A stretch of 64,000 bases of DNA. It comes from a virus. The stretch lies in IMG/VR virus record IMGVR_UViG_3300025313_000944, positions 23,333-87,332 of that record; one strand, written 5' to 3'. Below, piece after piece: positions 18,306 through 28,362 of this stretch. Made by a program: the position numbers and the translations under genes. Numbering within the stretch: the stretch's first letter is position 1; the number at the start of each line of letters is the position of its first letter. Under the pieces are notes generated by a model. It saw only the letters and a list, made by a program, of their open reading frames with translations. It had not been told where the DNA came from and made no database searches.

Positions 18306-19168
18306 TAACCCTCTCCTATGAATAGGTAATCAGTATAAGATCGTGAATCAAGTAGCGGGTAATGCTCTCTCTCCCCGCTAAGTAACCAATCGAAATATTT
18401 AGCGTATTTACCCTGAGCATAATCTTCTAAAGTAGGTGAGGTGTTTACCTCACACACTACACATTGTGGATGATCCGGGCCATCCTCGGTTCTTGTCGGG
18501 TTAGCCATGATGTCTACCGCACCGTAATCCAAGCCGAGAACTTCTACAGCCTGAATTGCCAGCCTAATCTCGTCTATGGGCCAATTAGACCGCCTTAGCA
18601 CAACAAATTCAAAGTCATTGGTGGCGTGATTCCACACCGGTAGATTTACCTTATCTTCTTCACCCTCTCTCGGTCTCTTTTCGTTGACCAATAGAACTTT
18701 GCCATGAGCCACATGAACCCTGTATTCGTTTTGTTTCGGGTAGAACTCTGAGAAATACGAACCCACAAACGGTGGTGGCGTGTGGTGTAATTCGTCCTCA
18801 TCCTCGATCAGCCAAAAATTCTGACCACCTTGGTGAAACTGCGGCCTAAGAACTACCGGAAAGTTTAATGTCCAGTCTTGTATCGGCTTAGTCCAGACAA
18901 TGGTTTTGGGAACAGACACGCCAGCTTCTTGCAGCACCAGCCTTGCCCGGCCTTTGTCGCTGGCTAAGCCTATTCCCGACGATTGGTTGATTGTCTTTTT
19001 GGCGGGAATGTTAACACGACTTGCCCACCTAATCAACAATTCTACATTCTCAGGTGGGGCATCCCCTCTCCGCAAGCGCAACAATTGAATTTGGTCTTTG
19101 GTCTGCATCTTGTCGTAGATGCCTTGGACCGTCCTATGCCCGTTAGAAGCGCAAGTTAACAGGTTCAT
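18305..19168 (-). CDS. ATP-grasp peptide ligase (RimK/phiEco32-like)
   Basis: DKG..LQEAGVSVP, PVVLRP, EYRVHV, LGLDYGAVDI, VCEVNTSP. Confidence 0.9.
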   Translation of the reverse strand: MNLLTCASNGHRTVQGIYDKMQTKDQIQLLRLRRGDAPPENVELLIRWASRVNIPAKKTINQSSGIGLASDKGRARLVLQEAGVSVPKTIVWTKPIQDWTLNFPVVLRPQFHQGGQNFWLIEDEDELHHTPPPFVGSYFSEFYPKQNEYRVHVAHGKVLLVNEKRPREGEEDKVNLPVWNHATNDFEFVVLRRSNWPIDEIRLAIQAVEVLGLDYGAVDIMANPTRTEDGPDHPQCVVCEVNTSPTLEDYAQGKYAKYFDWLLSGEREHYPLLDSRSYTDYLFIGEG

Positions 19169-19401
19169 TCTAATACCTCCTCTACCTCTATGCTTATAAT
19201 CCTGTGGTTAGGTATCTCCAATAAGTTGGCAGCATGACCAGTCTCCAACAGAACATTTAGTTGGGTTCTCGTCAAATTACTATACGGCAGATTGGTTGTA
19301 AGTTCACCTATAGGCATTTTATAGGTGACCGTAACAATCCATTTACTTTTTTCCTCTCTGCCCGCGCTGTGACCATTATTAGCACAAGTTAGTATTTTCA
19401 C
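19165..19401 (-). CDS. Hypothetical protein whose N-terminus copies that of the ATP-grasp gene
   Basis: GTG start overlapping upstream TGA; KILTCANNGH vs NLLTCASNGH. Confidence 0.55.
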   Translation of the reverse strand: MKILTCANNGHSAGREEKSKWIVTVTYKMPIGELTTNLPYSNLTRTQLNVLLETGHAANLLEIPNHRIISIEVEEVLE

Positions 19402-19979
19402 TTCAAATACCTCTGTAGATAGGCTATGATTTGATGTAACTGACCCAGCACTTCTGGGTGCCATTGAACTGACACCACCGGTTTGTCTGGGTGCCAGATA
19501 GCTTCTATGATGCCGTCTTCAGCCACCGCTGCTACTTCCCAACTTGGCGGCACATCTTTGACGGCCTGGTGGTGCATAGAGTTGGCGCGAATGATTCTGG
19601 TGCCAAAAATTTCTTGCAGAATATTAGGCCCGGTTACGTGAACTGGGCCATGATGATGCCACCCAATCACCACACCATCAAGCTCTATATCTTGGTAGAG
19701 ACTACCACCAGCAGCGGCGGCGATGATTTGGTGCCCCCTACAGATGCCTACCATGGGGTGGTTCAATTCCAACAACCTTTTAGCTAGGTCGAATTCTCGT
19801 TTGTCGATGGCTGGCATCCACGGCCTAGAATGTGTATTCTCTTCCCCATACAGGCTGGGGTCGATATCCATACCCCCAGGGAACACCCAAGGTAAGTCGA
19901 GCGGTGGATTTTCTAGAAATTCTTGGTATTCTGCCTGTGTATAGTTTCTAGCAGGCCAGTCTGAATAATAAAAATTCAT
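19398..19979 (-). CDS. Class I glutamine amidotransferase-like, peptidase C26 (PuuD family)
   Basis: PGGMDIDP, GICRGHQ, NSMHHQAV, VQWHPE. Confidence 0.92.
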   Translation of the reverse strand: MNFYYSDWPARNYTQAEYQEFLENPPLDLPWVFPGGMDIDPSLYGEENTHSRPWMPAIDKREFDLAKRLLELNHPMVGICRGHQIIAAAAGGSLYQDIELDGVVIGWHHHGPVHVTGPNILQEIFGTRIIRANSMHHQAVKDVPPSWEVAAVAEDGIIEAIWHPDKPVVSVQWHPEVLGQLHQIIAYLQRYLK

Positions 19980-20716
19980 TATAAGTCCCTAGCCAATTCC
20001 AGCACCGCAGGTGGTGCTACTTCTTGCTCGCCGAAGAGAGACCACGCACCATAAGGCTCGTACCAGCCTCCATAGCTACAGCAAGCCTTAATTCTTTTGG
20101 CAAAAACTTGGTAACTGTTATTGATATTGCCCTCCAACCTGAGTTCAAAGACACCAAACCTGTTGCAGCGGTTACACTTACCCACCTGTGGTAGTAAGCT
20201 GAGAATTTCTTCTTTGTCTAAGAACAAGGCTGCCATGTAACCATCAAGGCCATCGTGATCTTCCACCATGGACCTGCGCCTGATGAAGAATGGGTGCAAT
20301 TCTGCCAAGGTGAATTCACCCAACAAAAAGCTCATAGCCCCGTCCCAAGTATCTTCACACCAATCTTCCTCTTGCTGTAATAAGCCCATATCTGCCAGTA
20401 CCTTGAGGAGCAGGTGGTCGAATTCCCACCACCCATCTTCGTAGCAGCCTCGGATGATACCAGCCGCAGCGTGTACCGCGGCCAGGTGGATGTCAGCAAG
20501 CTTGAGGGTTACTTTGTTTGACTCGAAAAAATCATCGAATTTTTTCTCGGCCTGCATGCCGAAGCTATTAACCAATGCTATGCGGTCATCTATTCCACCC
20601 CAGTTGGGTGAGTAGATGGTTAACAGCGCAGGTGAGTGGCTTCTTATTTGCCGTAGCATAGTTTCGCGGCAGGAGGTCGAGGACACTGCCGTACTGATGT
20701 AAAATTTGGTCGTCAT
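19979..20716 (-). CDS. Hypothetical protein
   Basis: ATGA overlap with the upstream ligase; C-terminal Cys cluster. Confidence 0.7.
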   Translation of the reverse strand: MTTKFYISTAVSSTSCRETMLRQIRSHSPALLTIYSPNWGGIDDRIALVNSFGMQAEKKFDDFFESNKVTLKLADIHLAAVHAAAGIIRGCYEDGWWEFDHLLLKVLADMGLLQQEEDWCEDTWDGAMSFLLGEFTLAELHPFFIRRRSMVEDHDGLDGYMAALFLDKEEILSLLPQVGKCNRCNRFGVFELRLEGNINNSYQVFAKRIKACCSYGGWYEPYGAWSLFGEQEVAPPAVLELARDL

Positions 20717-21618
20717 TTCCAAGCCTCCATAATATAGTTTTTCGGTGGTGCGGGTGCTTGTACACCGAAAAATTCAGAAACATTAGAAAATAATTGCTTG
20801 GCCGCTTCTGGATCACAGTTGTTTATGGTGGGTACCACTCGCCCAAAGTCTAATTGATTGATAAATTCAAACGGGTTATAACCATCTTCGATTAAAACGT
20901 GCACCATTTTAGCCAGACCCAGTAGACCGGCAGTTAATTCAGGATTGGTACTGGCCACACTACTGGGGGTGCGGTATTCTACACCCCAAGGCTGGATACG
21001 GAACTTTCCAGCCCGACCATACATCTGCCTACGTTGGCGGCCTAGGTCGGTGCTCTCGATCAGTACATCATATAACCCTAACGTACAGTCGAGTAGCATC
21101 ACCAAGCCTTGGACCTTGTTCATGTCCTTGTGAATTTCACTGATAGAGAAGTGAATGTGAAATCCGCCTGTCCGCCAAGTTATCTTGCGTGGGTCTTGCC
21201 AGGGACAGGTGGACAGGTCATACAAGCACTTGTCCGGCGAGCAGCCCAGTACCCTAAGTTCGGGGTGGTCTACCAAGTCTCTTGGGTCTAAGTAAACCAG
21301 CGGTGCTGCTGATAAGATATAACCGTTGTCATCAGCTAGTTTCCAAGCCTCACGCAAACCTTCGTAGAGGTGTTGCATCAGGCTATCCACCTCTCGCTCC
21401 GGTGTAACTGGGACCTCCAAAGCCAACCCATCCTCAGTCAGCTTGGAGTTTGCCAGCGTCACCTCGGCTGTCCAGTAGCCACCGTCGGCGATGTCTGAAC
21501 CTATTTCTTTGAAGATCGGCCTGTGTTGCTTGGAAGCAACTAGTACATCTTTAGCCGGCTTGGCCAAGCCTGATGGAGACTGGTAAAAATATTCACAATC
21601 TAAGCCTATCAAGTTCAT
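20713..21618 (-). CDS. phiEco32-like COOH-NH2 ligase type 2
   Basis: IGLDCEYF, DGLALE, GCSPD, RTGGFHIHF, RRQMYGRAG.FR, GVEYRTPS. Confidence 0.9.
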   Translation of the reverse strand: MNLIGLDCEYFYQSPSGLAKPAKDVLVASKQHRPIFKEIGSDIADGGYWTAEVTLANSKLTEDGLALEVPVTPEREVDSLMQHLYEGLREAWKLADDNGYILSAAPLVYLDPRDLVDHPELRVLGCSPDKCLYDLSTCPWQDPRKITWRTGGFHIHFSISEIHKDMNKVQGLVMLLDCTLGLYDVLIESTDLGRQRRQMYGRAGKFRIQPWGVEYRTPSSVASTNPELTAGLLGLAKMVHVLIEDGYNPFEFINQLDFGRVVPTINNCDPEAAKQLFSNVSEFFGVQAPAPPKNYIMEAWK

Positions 21619-21619
21619 T

Positions 21620-22255
21620 TTATCCTCTACCCGTATTGTATGTAGTTGTTGTGGGACCTGCCCACCTAATATATTGTCGGACACTCTCTCTTGCTTGCGC
21701 CATACCTTCTAAATTTTCTGAACTTGGTTGTTCTAGTTCATCGTCTGGTTCATCATCCTCTTCTAAATCTAGTGACGCTGGTTCTGGCTCCGTGACAGAG
21801 TGCCTCGGCTTGATAATAGTGATGACGGGGTTGTATTTCTCCTCTATTTTGCGCAAGTTCGTGGCTTGACATTCTCTGACCAAGGCGCACGTTTTGCAAG
21901 CAACTTTATGTACACAGTTGGGGCAAACTATAGCCGCGTATCTGGCACACCAACCCAGCTTGTCGGTGATGTTGCCACACCGGCAGACATCTATTAGATC
22001 GAAATCCACAAGTTGCCCGCCGGTGCCACAGCTTGTGCACGTTATAAATTCTATGTCGTGCACGGTTACGTTGTGCAATTTCTTCTTGGAAGAAAGGTTG
22101 AAGTTGGTAATCCTGTCCTCCGCCGACAAGCCTTGGGTTTCTAACAGAGCTTTGGTGGCTTGTCCCATCAGTTGTAGGCTGAGGCATTCCAGTAACAAGT
22201 CAGCCTTAACCGCACCTTTGATGTCAGTGCCACCACACGTTTTACACCTAAGCAT
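21620..22255 (-). CDS. Cys-rich multi-Zn-finger protein with acidic tail
   Basis: CKTC, CTSC, CRC, CPNC, CKTC; GGAGG RBS. Confidence 0.7.
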   Translation of the reverse strand: MLRCKTCGGTDIKGAVKADLLLECLSLQLMGQATKALLETQGLSAEDRITNFNLSSKKKLHNVTVHDIEFITCTSCGTGGQLVDFDLIDVCRCGNITDKLGWCARYAAIVCPNCVHKVACKTCALVRECQATNLRKIEEKYNPVITIIKPRHSVTEPEPASLDLEEDDEPDDELEQPSSENLEGMAQARESVRQYIRWAGPTTTTYNTGRG

Positions 22256-22601
22256 TTAAATACCTCCTGACCGATGTATCGTTTATATATCTAACCTCTT
22301 TGGGGTCGAGCCTTAGTATCGGAGCCACCATATATTTGTCGATAAATAAATCACTCCTGATTAATACATTATTATCCTTGTCCAGCTCCATGACCACGAA
22401 CCTGCCCGCCCACACGTTTCTGGCGGTGGGCCACATGTAATTGGTAAAGATGATGGTTTCGACCTCGCCATCTTCAATCAGGCTTATATAATAGCCTAGT
22501 AGATTGCGGTTGACCTGCATACCACCTGCCCCACCTGTAACTACCATGGGTGACAGCTTGGTGCTTTGCCGAAACTCACTTAGCAATTGCTTTATATTCA
22601 T
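22248..22601 (-). CDS. Hypothetical protein
   Basis: ATGA overlap. Confidence 0.65.
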   Translation of the reverse strand: MNIKQLLSEFRQSTKLSPMVVTGGAGGMQVNRNLLGYYISLIEDGEVETIIFTNYMWPTARNVWAGRFVVMELDKDNNVLIRSDLFIDKYMVAPILRLDPKEVRYINDTSVRRYLNA

Positions 22602-22945
22602 TGGGGTTTATCCCTCGGCAGGAATACCAACTCCACTCTACTCTTTAATTTCTGGCTGGTTTCTACCGTCCATTTTCTGCTAATGCGTTCTGTTTCTTCT
22701 CCTTCCACGAATACCTTTATTCTGTTGGGGAAGAAAACCACACCGTTTATGTTGAATGGGCAAGACTTACCATAAAATGAGTGGGTTTTTCCTCTGAATT
22801 TGTAAACCTTACCTTGTGATAGTTGCTTGGCGGTATCGACAAACCGAAAATTTAACAAATCTTTTTCGGTTACAATCTCCACCTTGACTACTTGGTCATT
22901 AAAATTGCTTTCTAACATCTGGTAGTGGAGGTCCTTAATCTTCAA
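22598..22945 (-). CDS. Hypothetical protein
   Basis: GGAGG RBS, TTG start. Confidence 0.65.
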   Translation of the reverse strand: MKIKDLHYQMLESNFNDQVVKVEIVTEKDLLNFRFVDTAKQLSQGKVYKFRGKTHSFYGKSCPFNINGVVFFPNRIKVFVEGEETERISRKWTVETSQKLKSRVELVFLPRDKPQ

Positions 22946-23627
22946 CCTGCACCTCCGCAGCCTTGAACATATTTTCCAACATGGTCTTGTACGCCCTAGC
23001 TGTTACACCATAGAAGGCCGATTTTAACTTGTTTTGAGTCTCGGCGGTGTCGATAGTTTGTAGGTGGCCACTTAACACTAGCGAGAACAGCCCATAGGTT
23101 ATTAGACCCAACATATCATCTGCCTTTTTTAGACTCAAAGTAGTCACACCTAAATCACGAACGGCGATGTAAGCCAAGGCTACCAAAGCCATTATGCCGG
23201 TGATCTTCCACTTCTGGTCTGGTTCATCTTCAAACCAGATTGTGCAATCGTTCTTATCGAAGTCGGTTTTGAGCAGCTCTACTACCAGTTTATCTATCGA
23301 ATCCACCGTGTGCTGCACACTCTTGTTGAAGACCGTACCCGAATCGAACACCACCCGCACGATCTCCCCGTGCCGGTTGAAGGTTACGATACTTTGGTTG
23401 TCGTCCCAAGCAGGTACCAACAACTTGTCCTTTATCTTGGGAAAGCTTTGTGTTCCCCGCAAGGTTCTATCGTCTTGGGTGGCTATAAATGCTGGCATAC
23501 CGTCGATGTCTACCACAAGTCCGCGCTCAAAAGCCAAACCTGTGACAACGTGATCGACGAAAGCTTTGGTATCCAGCAAATTTCTATCGTAAGAACTCTC
23601 AGCTAAAAACTTGTCAATTGTCCACAT
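22935..23627 (-). CDS. Hypothetical protein
   Basis: 230-aa ORF, operon packing. Confidence 0.7.
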   Translation of the reverse strand: MWTIDKFLAESSYDRNLLDTKAFVDHVVTGLAFERGLVVDIDGMPAFIATQDDRTLRGTQSFPKIKDKLLVPAWDDNQSIVTFNRHGEIVRVVFDSGTVFNKSVQHTVDSIDKLVVELLKTDFDKNDCTIWFEDEPDQKWKITGIMALVALAYIAVRDLGVTTLSLKKADDMLGLITYGLFSLVLSGHLQTIDTAETQNKLKSAFYGVTARAYKTMLENMFKAAEVQVED

Positions 23628-24354
23628 ATACTTCCCTACCTCTAGGTGTAATTCTGATCAGTTGTTTTTGTAAGAGAAAAGGTTCTATCTCTTCCTCCAC
23701 GGTTTCTCTCGGCAATCCCAAGCTGGCTGAAATAACTCTGGCTGAAACTGGTCCTCTCTTACTAACAAATTCTAAATAACTCCTATCATTGCCGGTGAAG
23801 CCAGCAGCTTGGTAGCCTAGAGTTTCCAGCATTTGGTCATACTCGGTTTGTGTTGCCTGAGAATATCTGTAGTATTGCTCCAAACTTATTACCTCTTTGG
23901 CCAACGTGACCGCCACTCTAGGTGAACCTCTACACCTAATTGATATCCTGTTAGCAGCCAAGTCACTGATCGGAACGTGAACCTTGGCTATTTGGGCCAA
24001 CTGTATTTCAGTGTATGGTTCCAGCCACAGTTCTATCATTCTGGACCTGAGCGGCTCGCTGACCGGTGCGCCGGTAGTAGTACAACCTATAAGGGTACTA
24101 TAGGCATACCACGCCTCCTCATTGGGGAGCCGGTGTATCTCGTCGATAATTACCGGCTCCCCATCTTCAGGAGGGTATAATCTACCGGTGCATAGGTTGT
24201 AGTAGTATGCCTCTCTTGCAACTTGGTTGGCATACCACTTGGCTAGTAAGGTTTTACCGCTGCCGGGTGGACCACGAAACAGAGCGTTTTGGTGATTCTT
24301 GGTGGCTACCCACACTCTGATTCTAGTTTGTATGATTTCCTGTCCAATTATCAT
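23614..24354 (-). CDS. ruvB: RuvB-like Holliday junction branch-migration AAA+ ATPase (short form)
   Basis: MIIGQ, GPPGSGKT, IIDEIHRL, GCTT, PLRSR, RGSPR, EEIEPFLL...TPRGR; start taken at ATG 24354. Confidence 0.85.
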   Translation of the reverse strand: MIIGQEIIQTRIRVWVATKNHQNALFRGPPGSGKTLLAKWYANQVAREAYYYNLCTGRLYPPEDGEPVIIDEIHRLPNEEAWYAYSTLIGCTTTGAPVSEPLRSRMIELWLEPYTEIQLAQIAKVHVPISDLAANRISIRCRGSPRVAVTLAKEVISLEQYYRYSQATQTEYDQMLETLGYQAAGFTGNDRSYLEFVSKRGPVSARVISASLGLPRETVEEEIEPFLLQKQLIRITPRGREVYVDN

Positions 24355-25628
24355 TATGTACCAGCTATCAAGGCTAGGTCTTGTAAATCTATGACCTCGT
24401 TGTGGAAATAAGGAACGTCGAAATCTCGGCCTAATACCTCCTTTGCCAGTACATACAAACTCTCTACCGTTATCAACCCACTCATGTGGGAAGCGGTAGA
24501 GAAAGCCAACCACAACTGTTCTTTCTCCTCATTCGGAGCCAGCTCTGGTTTGGTTTCCCAAGCCCACTTCAATAGGTCGGTTAGCTCCCCAATTTCTATA
24601 GCCTCATAATTAGCCACACTTAACAGATCGTGGCCGGTCAGTTCTTTCAACGTCAGGCGGTGGGTTTCCTCACTCACCTTGGGGGACAGCCCAAACAACT
24701 TGACCAACGCCTCTACTCTGGCAATAGCCTCTTCCACATCTATTTCACCAGCAATGGTTTGGTAATCTTCAACATCATAGTTGGCTTGCCAACCATAATT
24801 ATACTTGGTGGTTGTGTTGGTATATTTTTTGGGTGGGTCATTTACGTTCTTCACTTCCTTGAATTCAGCAATGGTTTGCAACTCACCTTTATTTAAAACG
24901 TGAAGGCTATATTCTGGCAGAGCTTTGGGTTTCTCTACTACCTCTAGCAGAGGCAGGTTGAACGCAGCCAAGCCAAAGTTGACTGCCTCGGCTAAATCAC
25001 TCAAATTGGCCTCGGTTGTGTTTAAGAGCAAGCCATAATTGGTGTTCATAGTATACAAGGTACGATTACCGCGTACCACGAACACCTCCGGTCGGCCAAG
25101 TTGCCGGATGAGTAAGGAATATTCAGCCTCACCCACCTGTTTTAACACCTCTACTAATTTATCTTCGACCTTAGCCCCACCCAATTGGTTGGCCAAGTAG
25201 GCCGTGAAAACATGGCTGTCGGTGGCATCCCTTAGATTAACTTCTTTGGCCAGACGGTCATGCTCCTTGAAAATACCGTTGTGCATGACCAACACCCCAC
25301 CCACTACGAATGGGTGGGCGTGCTCCGTTGGATGGTTTTGGCCGTACTGCACCCGCCACTCTGTCGAGGCGTTCCTGACGTGACCAATCAAGGTATCCTT
25401 GTAGCCATCTACTTTTTGGAACCAGTTGTGCCACGGTTCCAAAAATACTAACTCCTTGGCGGGCTTGCCAATCTTGAGGAATGGTAATCTATCTACCGTG
25501 TTGGCTGAGATGCCTATTCCGTTGGTGTTGCCCAGCCTAGCCGACAACAAAGTTAATACTCCGAACACATATAAGTCATTGACCTCAACTATAGGGTCAC
25601 GTTTTGACATGGCAATTAATCTGCACAT
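24354..25628 (-). CDS. Class II (Ntn) glutamine amidotransferase
   Basis: N-terminal MCRL nucleophile, GHVRNAS, HAHPF, MHNG, TDS. Confidence 0.9.
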   Translation of the reverse strand: MCRLIAMSKRDPIVEVNDLYVFGVLTLLSARLGNTNGIGISANTVDRLPFLKIGKPAKELVFLEPWHNWFQKVDGYKDTLIGHVRNASTEWRVQYGQNHPTEHAHPFVVGGVLVMHNGIFKEHDRLAKEVNLRDATDSHVFTAYLANQLGGAKVEDKLVEVLKQVGEAEYSLLIRQLGRPEVFVVRGNRTLYTMNTNYGLLLNTTEANLSDLAEAVNFGLAAFNLPLLEVVEKPKALPEYSLHVLNKGELQTIAEFKEVKNVNDPPKKYTNTTTKYNYGWQANYDVEDYQTIAGEIDVEEAIARVEALVKLFGLSPKVSEETHRLTLKELTGHDLLSVANYEAIEIGELTDLLKWAWETKPELAPNEEKEQLWLAFSTASHMSGLITVESLYVLAKEVLGRDFDVPYFHNEVIDLQDLALIAGT

Positions 25629-25993
25629 AATTTCTCCTGCAAAACCCTGCGGTGGATTTCAGACCGCCAAGGTCTTTCCTGTGTTCTTTCTTCTATTTCC
25701 ACTTTATAATGCCACTCCATATTGTCCGGTATTTTGGTCCACGCCATTGGCTGAACTTTGTGGTCGGGAAAGTCAATGCCTAGTTCTTTGCACAAATTTT
25801 TGACATAAGAAGCACCCATGTCCACCCAACCACAGCCGTTCCAAAATGCAGGAATGGTGTGGGTCTCACCTCTAGCGGAATTGTGCAACCCTCTGTATCT
25901 ATCCTCTGCTGTATACTCGGTGGTAATAAGAGCTTCCCACCCCGCATCTTCATCGAAGTATAGCTGACCATCAATCAATTCCAAGTTTACCAT
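25616..25993 (-). CDS. Hypothetical protein
   Basis: AAGGA RBS before ATG at 25993. Confidence 0.6.
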   Translation of the reverse strand: MVNLELIDGQLYFDEDAGWEALITTEYTAEDRYRGLHNSARGETHTIPAFWNGCGWVDMGASYVKNLCKELGIDFPDHKVQPMAWTKIPDNMEWHYKVEIEERTQERPWRSEIHRRVLQEKLCAD

Positions 25994-26004
25994 TTTTATT
26001 TTCC

Positions 26005-26628
26005 TTAGCTTAAAATATGGGCGAGTAGGTATTCGGATATACCATCGTAAATTTCTTCTGGGTGCCATTGTACACCAGCTATTGGCAAATCCTCATGAAG
26101 CACGGCCTCTACTATATCGTCCCCCGAATAGCTAATTGGTCTTAACTCTACCCCCAATTCGCCCACAGCTTGGTGGTGCATGCTATTCACCTTTATGCTT
26201 TTCCTTGCTCCTAGTGCAAAACTTACCTCATGTACAAGTTGGGTTCTTGGGTCTGAGTGTGGGTGACTTAGTAAATTCTGTATCAGAGTGCCACCAAAGT
26301 GCACATTTAGGGTTTGCAGTCCACGACAAATGCCGAAGATGGGAAGCTTGGCTTTGACCAAGCTCGGTAAGATGTTGATATCGAAATACTCCAAGTGTTG
26401 GTCGCTATCATACAAGATGAAATTAGGCGCTTGCCGATAGCGCATTGTATTCAGGTCACTACCACCCGGTAGGACCACCAACCCAAAAAATCTGACTATA
26501 TCTTCGGCGGTGGCAGTTGGTGGTATGGGGTAAACTGGACCCCATTGGCTCAAATACTCCATGTATGGGGCACCTACACCGAAAAAGCTGTCTTGGTAAG
26601 AAACCCGACCTGCTATGCCAATATTCAT
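26005..26628 (-). CDS. Second peptidase C26 / PuuD-family amidotransferase
   Basis: LPGGSDL, GICRGLQ, NSMHHQAV, VQWHPE. Confidence 0.92.
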   Translation of the reverse strand: MNIGIAGRVSYQDSFFGVGAPYMEYLSQWGPVYPIPPTATAEDIVRFFGLVVLPGGSDLNTMRYRQAPNFILYDSDQHLEYFDINILPSLVKAKLPIFGICRGLQTLNVHFGGTLIQNLLSHPHSDPRTQLVHEVSFALGARKSIKVNSMHHQAVGELGVELRPISYSGDDIVEAVLHEDLPIAGVQWHPEEIYDGISEYLLAHILS

Positions 26629-26629
26629 T

Positions 26630-26716
26630 TTAGCACCCCCTCAGAACCAAGAGTATTATTACAAGTACCACCAAATATAGAAACCATAGGTAGAGTTGTC
26701 CTTCGTTTAATCTCAT
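26630..26716 (-). CDS. 28-aa membrane peptide
   Basis: AAGGAG RBS; MRLNEGQLYLWFLYLVVLVIILLVLRGC. Confidence 0.5.
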   Translation of the reverse strand: MRLNEGQLYLWFLYLVVLVIILLVLRGC

Positions 26717-26738
26717 TTTATTTTCTCCTTTTATTCTT

Positions 26739-27821
26739 TTAATCGTAGTAACCATTGTCCCAAATGGACCGAATAAATTCTCTGTCAACCACCGGCGGTA
26801 CCAAGCGACTGTCCATAGCTTCCAGATTCACGTAGGCGCTCTGGTTCCTACATAGATGATTTATCTGTGGGCCTTGAACACCTAGTTGCCAGTCCGATTT
26901 AGACCACAACCGGTACAGCTTATCCAAGGTGTAGTCCTCCATAGGAACCACAGCCAGTAGGTCTTCCAACGTATAATCTTCGTAGGTTTTCCCCAAAGGA
27001 AAGCGAGGGATATCCAATTCCACCGGTTTGGCGTAGGCGGCTCTAACCACCGCCAGACACAGGTGTACCCAAGCTTCCACGTTTTTGAAATCCAGTGTTT
27101 GATTAAAACACCGGAATTCGATAGTGCCTTGCCTTAGAAGTGGCACCGGGTTTAGCCAGTAATAGCGTGGCGGTATCCACTTGCTTCTCTGCTGGTCGGC
27201 TCTACCCCAAGCCTGCAATACCTCTTCGGTAGAATTAGCATACATGATTATTCTGTCAACATCGAAGCATTGCCGCCAATGCTCATTACCATCTTTAACA
27301 TATTGTGGACCAGCACCGGTCAATGGCCGACAGTACATGTAATCGTTATGACTGATACCACGATGGTACAACAACTCAGCCACAGAAAGTCTGAACATAG
27401 GCGCTTCTATCCTAGTAGCAATTTCCAGGATGTTCTTAATGACCTCGACCGGTGGTAATGTTCCCATGTAAACGTGGACATGTACTGAGGTCAAAGTCGA
27501 GAGGTACTCTCCGTACCTCTTCAGTAGCTTGGTTAAAGCTTGAATATCCTCTCTGAACTTGGCTGAGGTTAGTTTACTGTAGACAGGTGAAACCAGTTCC
27601 CCGCCGACTTGGCGGGATGGCAGGATGTCAAGCAACGAATCTCCACGGTCTACCTCTAGGCGGATACCATCTACCTCTAGTCCCCGCTTGGTGCAGGAGC
27701 CATCTCGCGTCAGAGACCAACCCCTCAGATCAGATTTCTTGGGGGGCCAATGACCGTCGATGTCGAAGCTGTTGAATTCGTACTCTACGCCGAAGCTACT
27801 ACCTATTTCGTAGATTGCCAT
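26739..27821 (-). CDS. Putative amidoligase (COOH-NH2 ligase fold)
   Basis: FGVEYEF, RDGS, GELVSP, VHVHV, RYYWLN, TIEFR. Confidence 0.88.
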   Translation of the reverse strand: MAIYEIGSSFGVEYEFNSFDIDGHWPPKKSDLRGWSLTRDGSCTKRGLEVDGIRLEVDRGDSLLDILPSRQVGGELVSPVYSKLTSAKFREDIQALTKLLKRYGEYLSTLTSVHVHVYMGTLPPVEVIKNILEIATRIEAPMFRLSVAELLYHRGISHNDYMYCRPLTGAGPQYVKDGNEHWRQCFDVDRIIMYANSTEEVLQAWGRADQQRSKWIPPRYYWLNPVPLLRQGTIEFRCFNQTLDFKNVEAWVHLCLAVVRAAYAKPVELDIPRFPLGKTYEDYTLEDLLAVVPMEDYTLDKLYRLWSKSDWQLGVQGPQINHLCRNQSAYVNLEAMDSRLVPPVVDREFIRSIWDNGYYD

Positions 27822-27831
27822 GTTTTGCTCC

Positions 27832-28293
27832 TTAACTATGTACCAAATACAACCATACTTCACTGTTTATTCCAGCATGGTACAGTTTGGATTTAGCTTG
27901 ACGATGCTTGGCTGCCAACTCCATAATGTCATACCCACCGAATCGAGGCCGTTGAACCCGCACTGTTGTGCCAGAATAGTCATCGGATAATTCGGCCAAA
28001 GTTACACCAAGTATTCCATTAAGGACACCACCCTTGGGGGCATAATAACTGACATGCAGATCGAGGCCGTGTTCTTCCTTGAACCAATCTTGATACCAGT
28101 CGAGGTCGTATTCCAATACGCCAAATTTGAGAAGTTCAACCTCTTTGGTCTCTAAAGCTGGCTCGCCTTGGCTGTCGTGCAAGTAATAAATATTTGCACC
28201 CAATACAATGCTTTTCTTAATCTTGATCTGTTTGATAGTAGGTTTAAGGTAATCTTCAGCCCGCACGCCTACCATCAAAGTTACCTCGCTCAT
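27832..28293 (-). CDS. Hypothetical protein
   Basis: AAGGAG RBS. Confidence 0.65.
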   Translation of the reverse strand: MSEVTLMVGVRAEDYLKPTIKQIKIKKSIVLGANIYYLHDSQGEPALETKEVELLKFGVLEYDLDWYQDWFKEEHGLDLHVSYYAPKGGVLNGILGVTLAELSDDYSGTTVRVQRPRFGGYDIMELAAKHRQAKSKLYHAGINSEVWLYLVHS

Positions 28294-28362
28294 TTTAATC
28301 TCCTTGAAATACTGGTCCAAAAGCGGACCGTGAAATAGATTAACCCGATTAACAAGGCTATC

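Noticed and set aside
24355-24513. ORF-track N-terminal extension of RuvB
   Set aside because: It overlaps the amidotransferase gene; RuvB similarity starts at ATG 24354. The same reasoning trimmed starts at 3723, 21684, 27863, 57096 and 57763.
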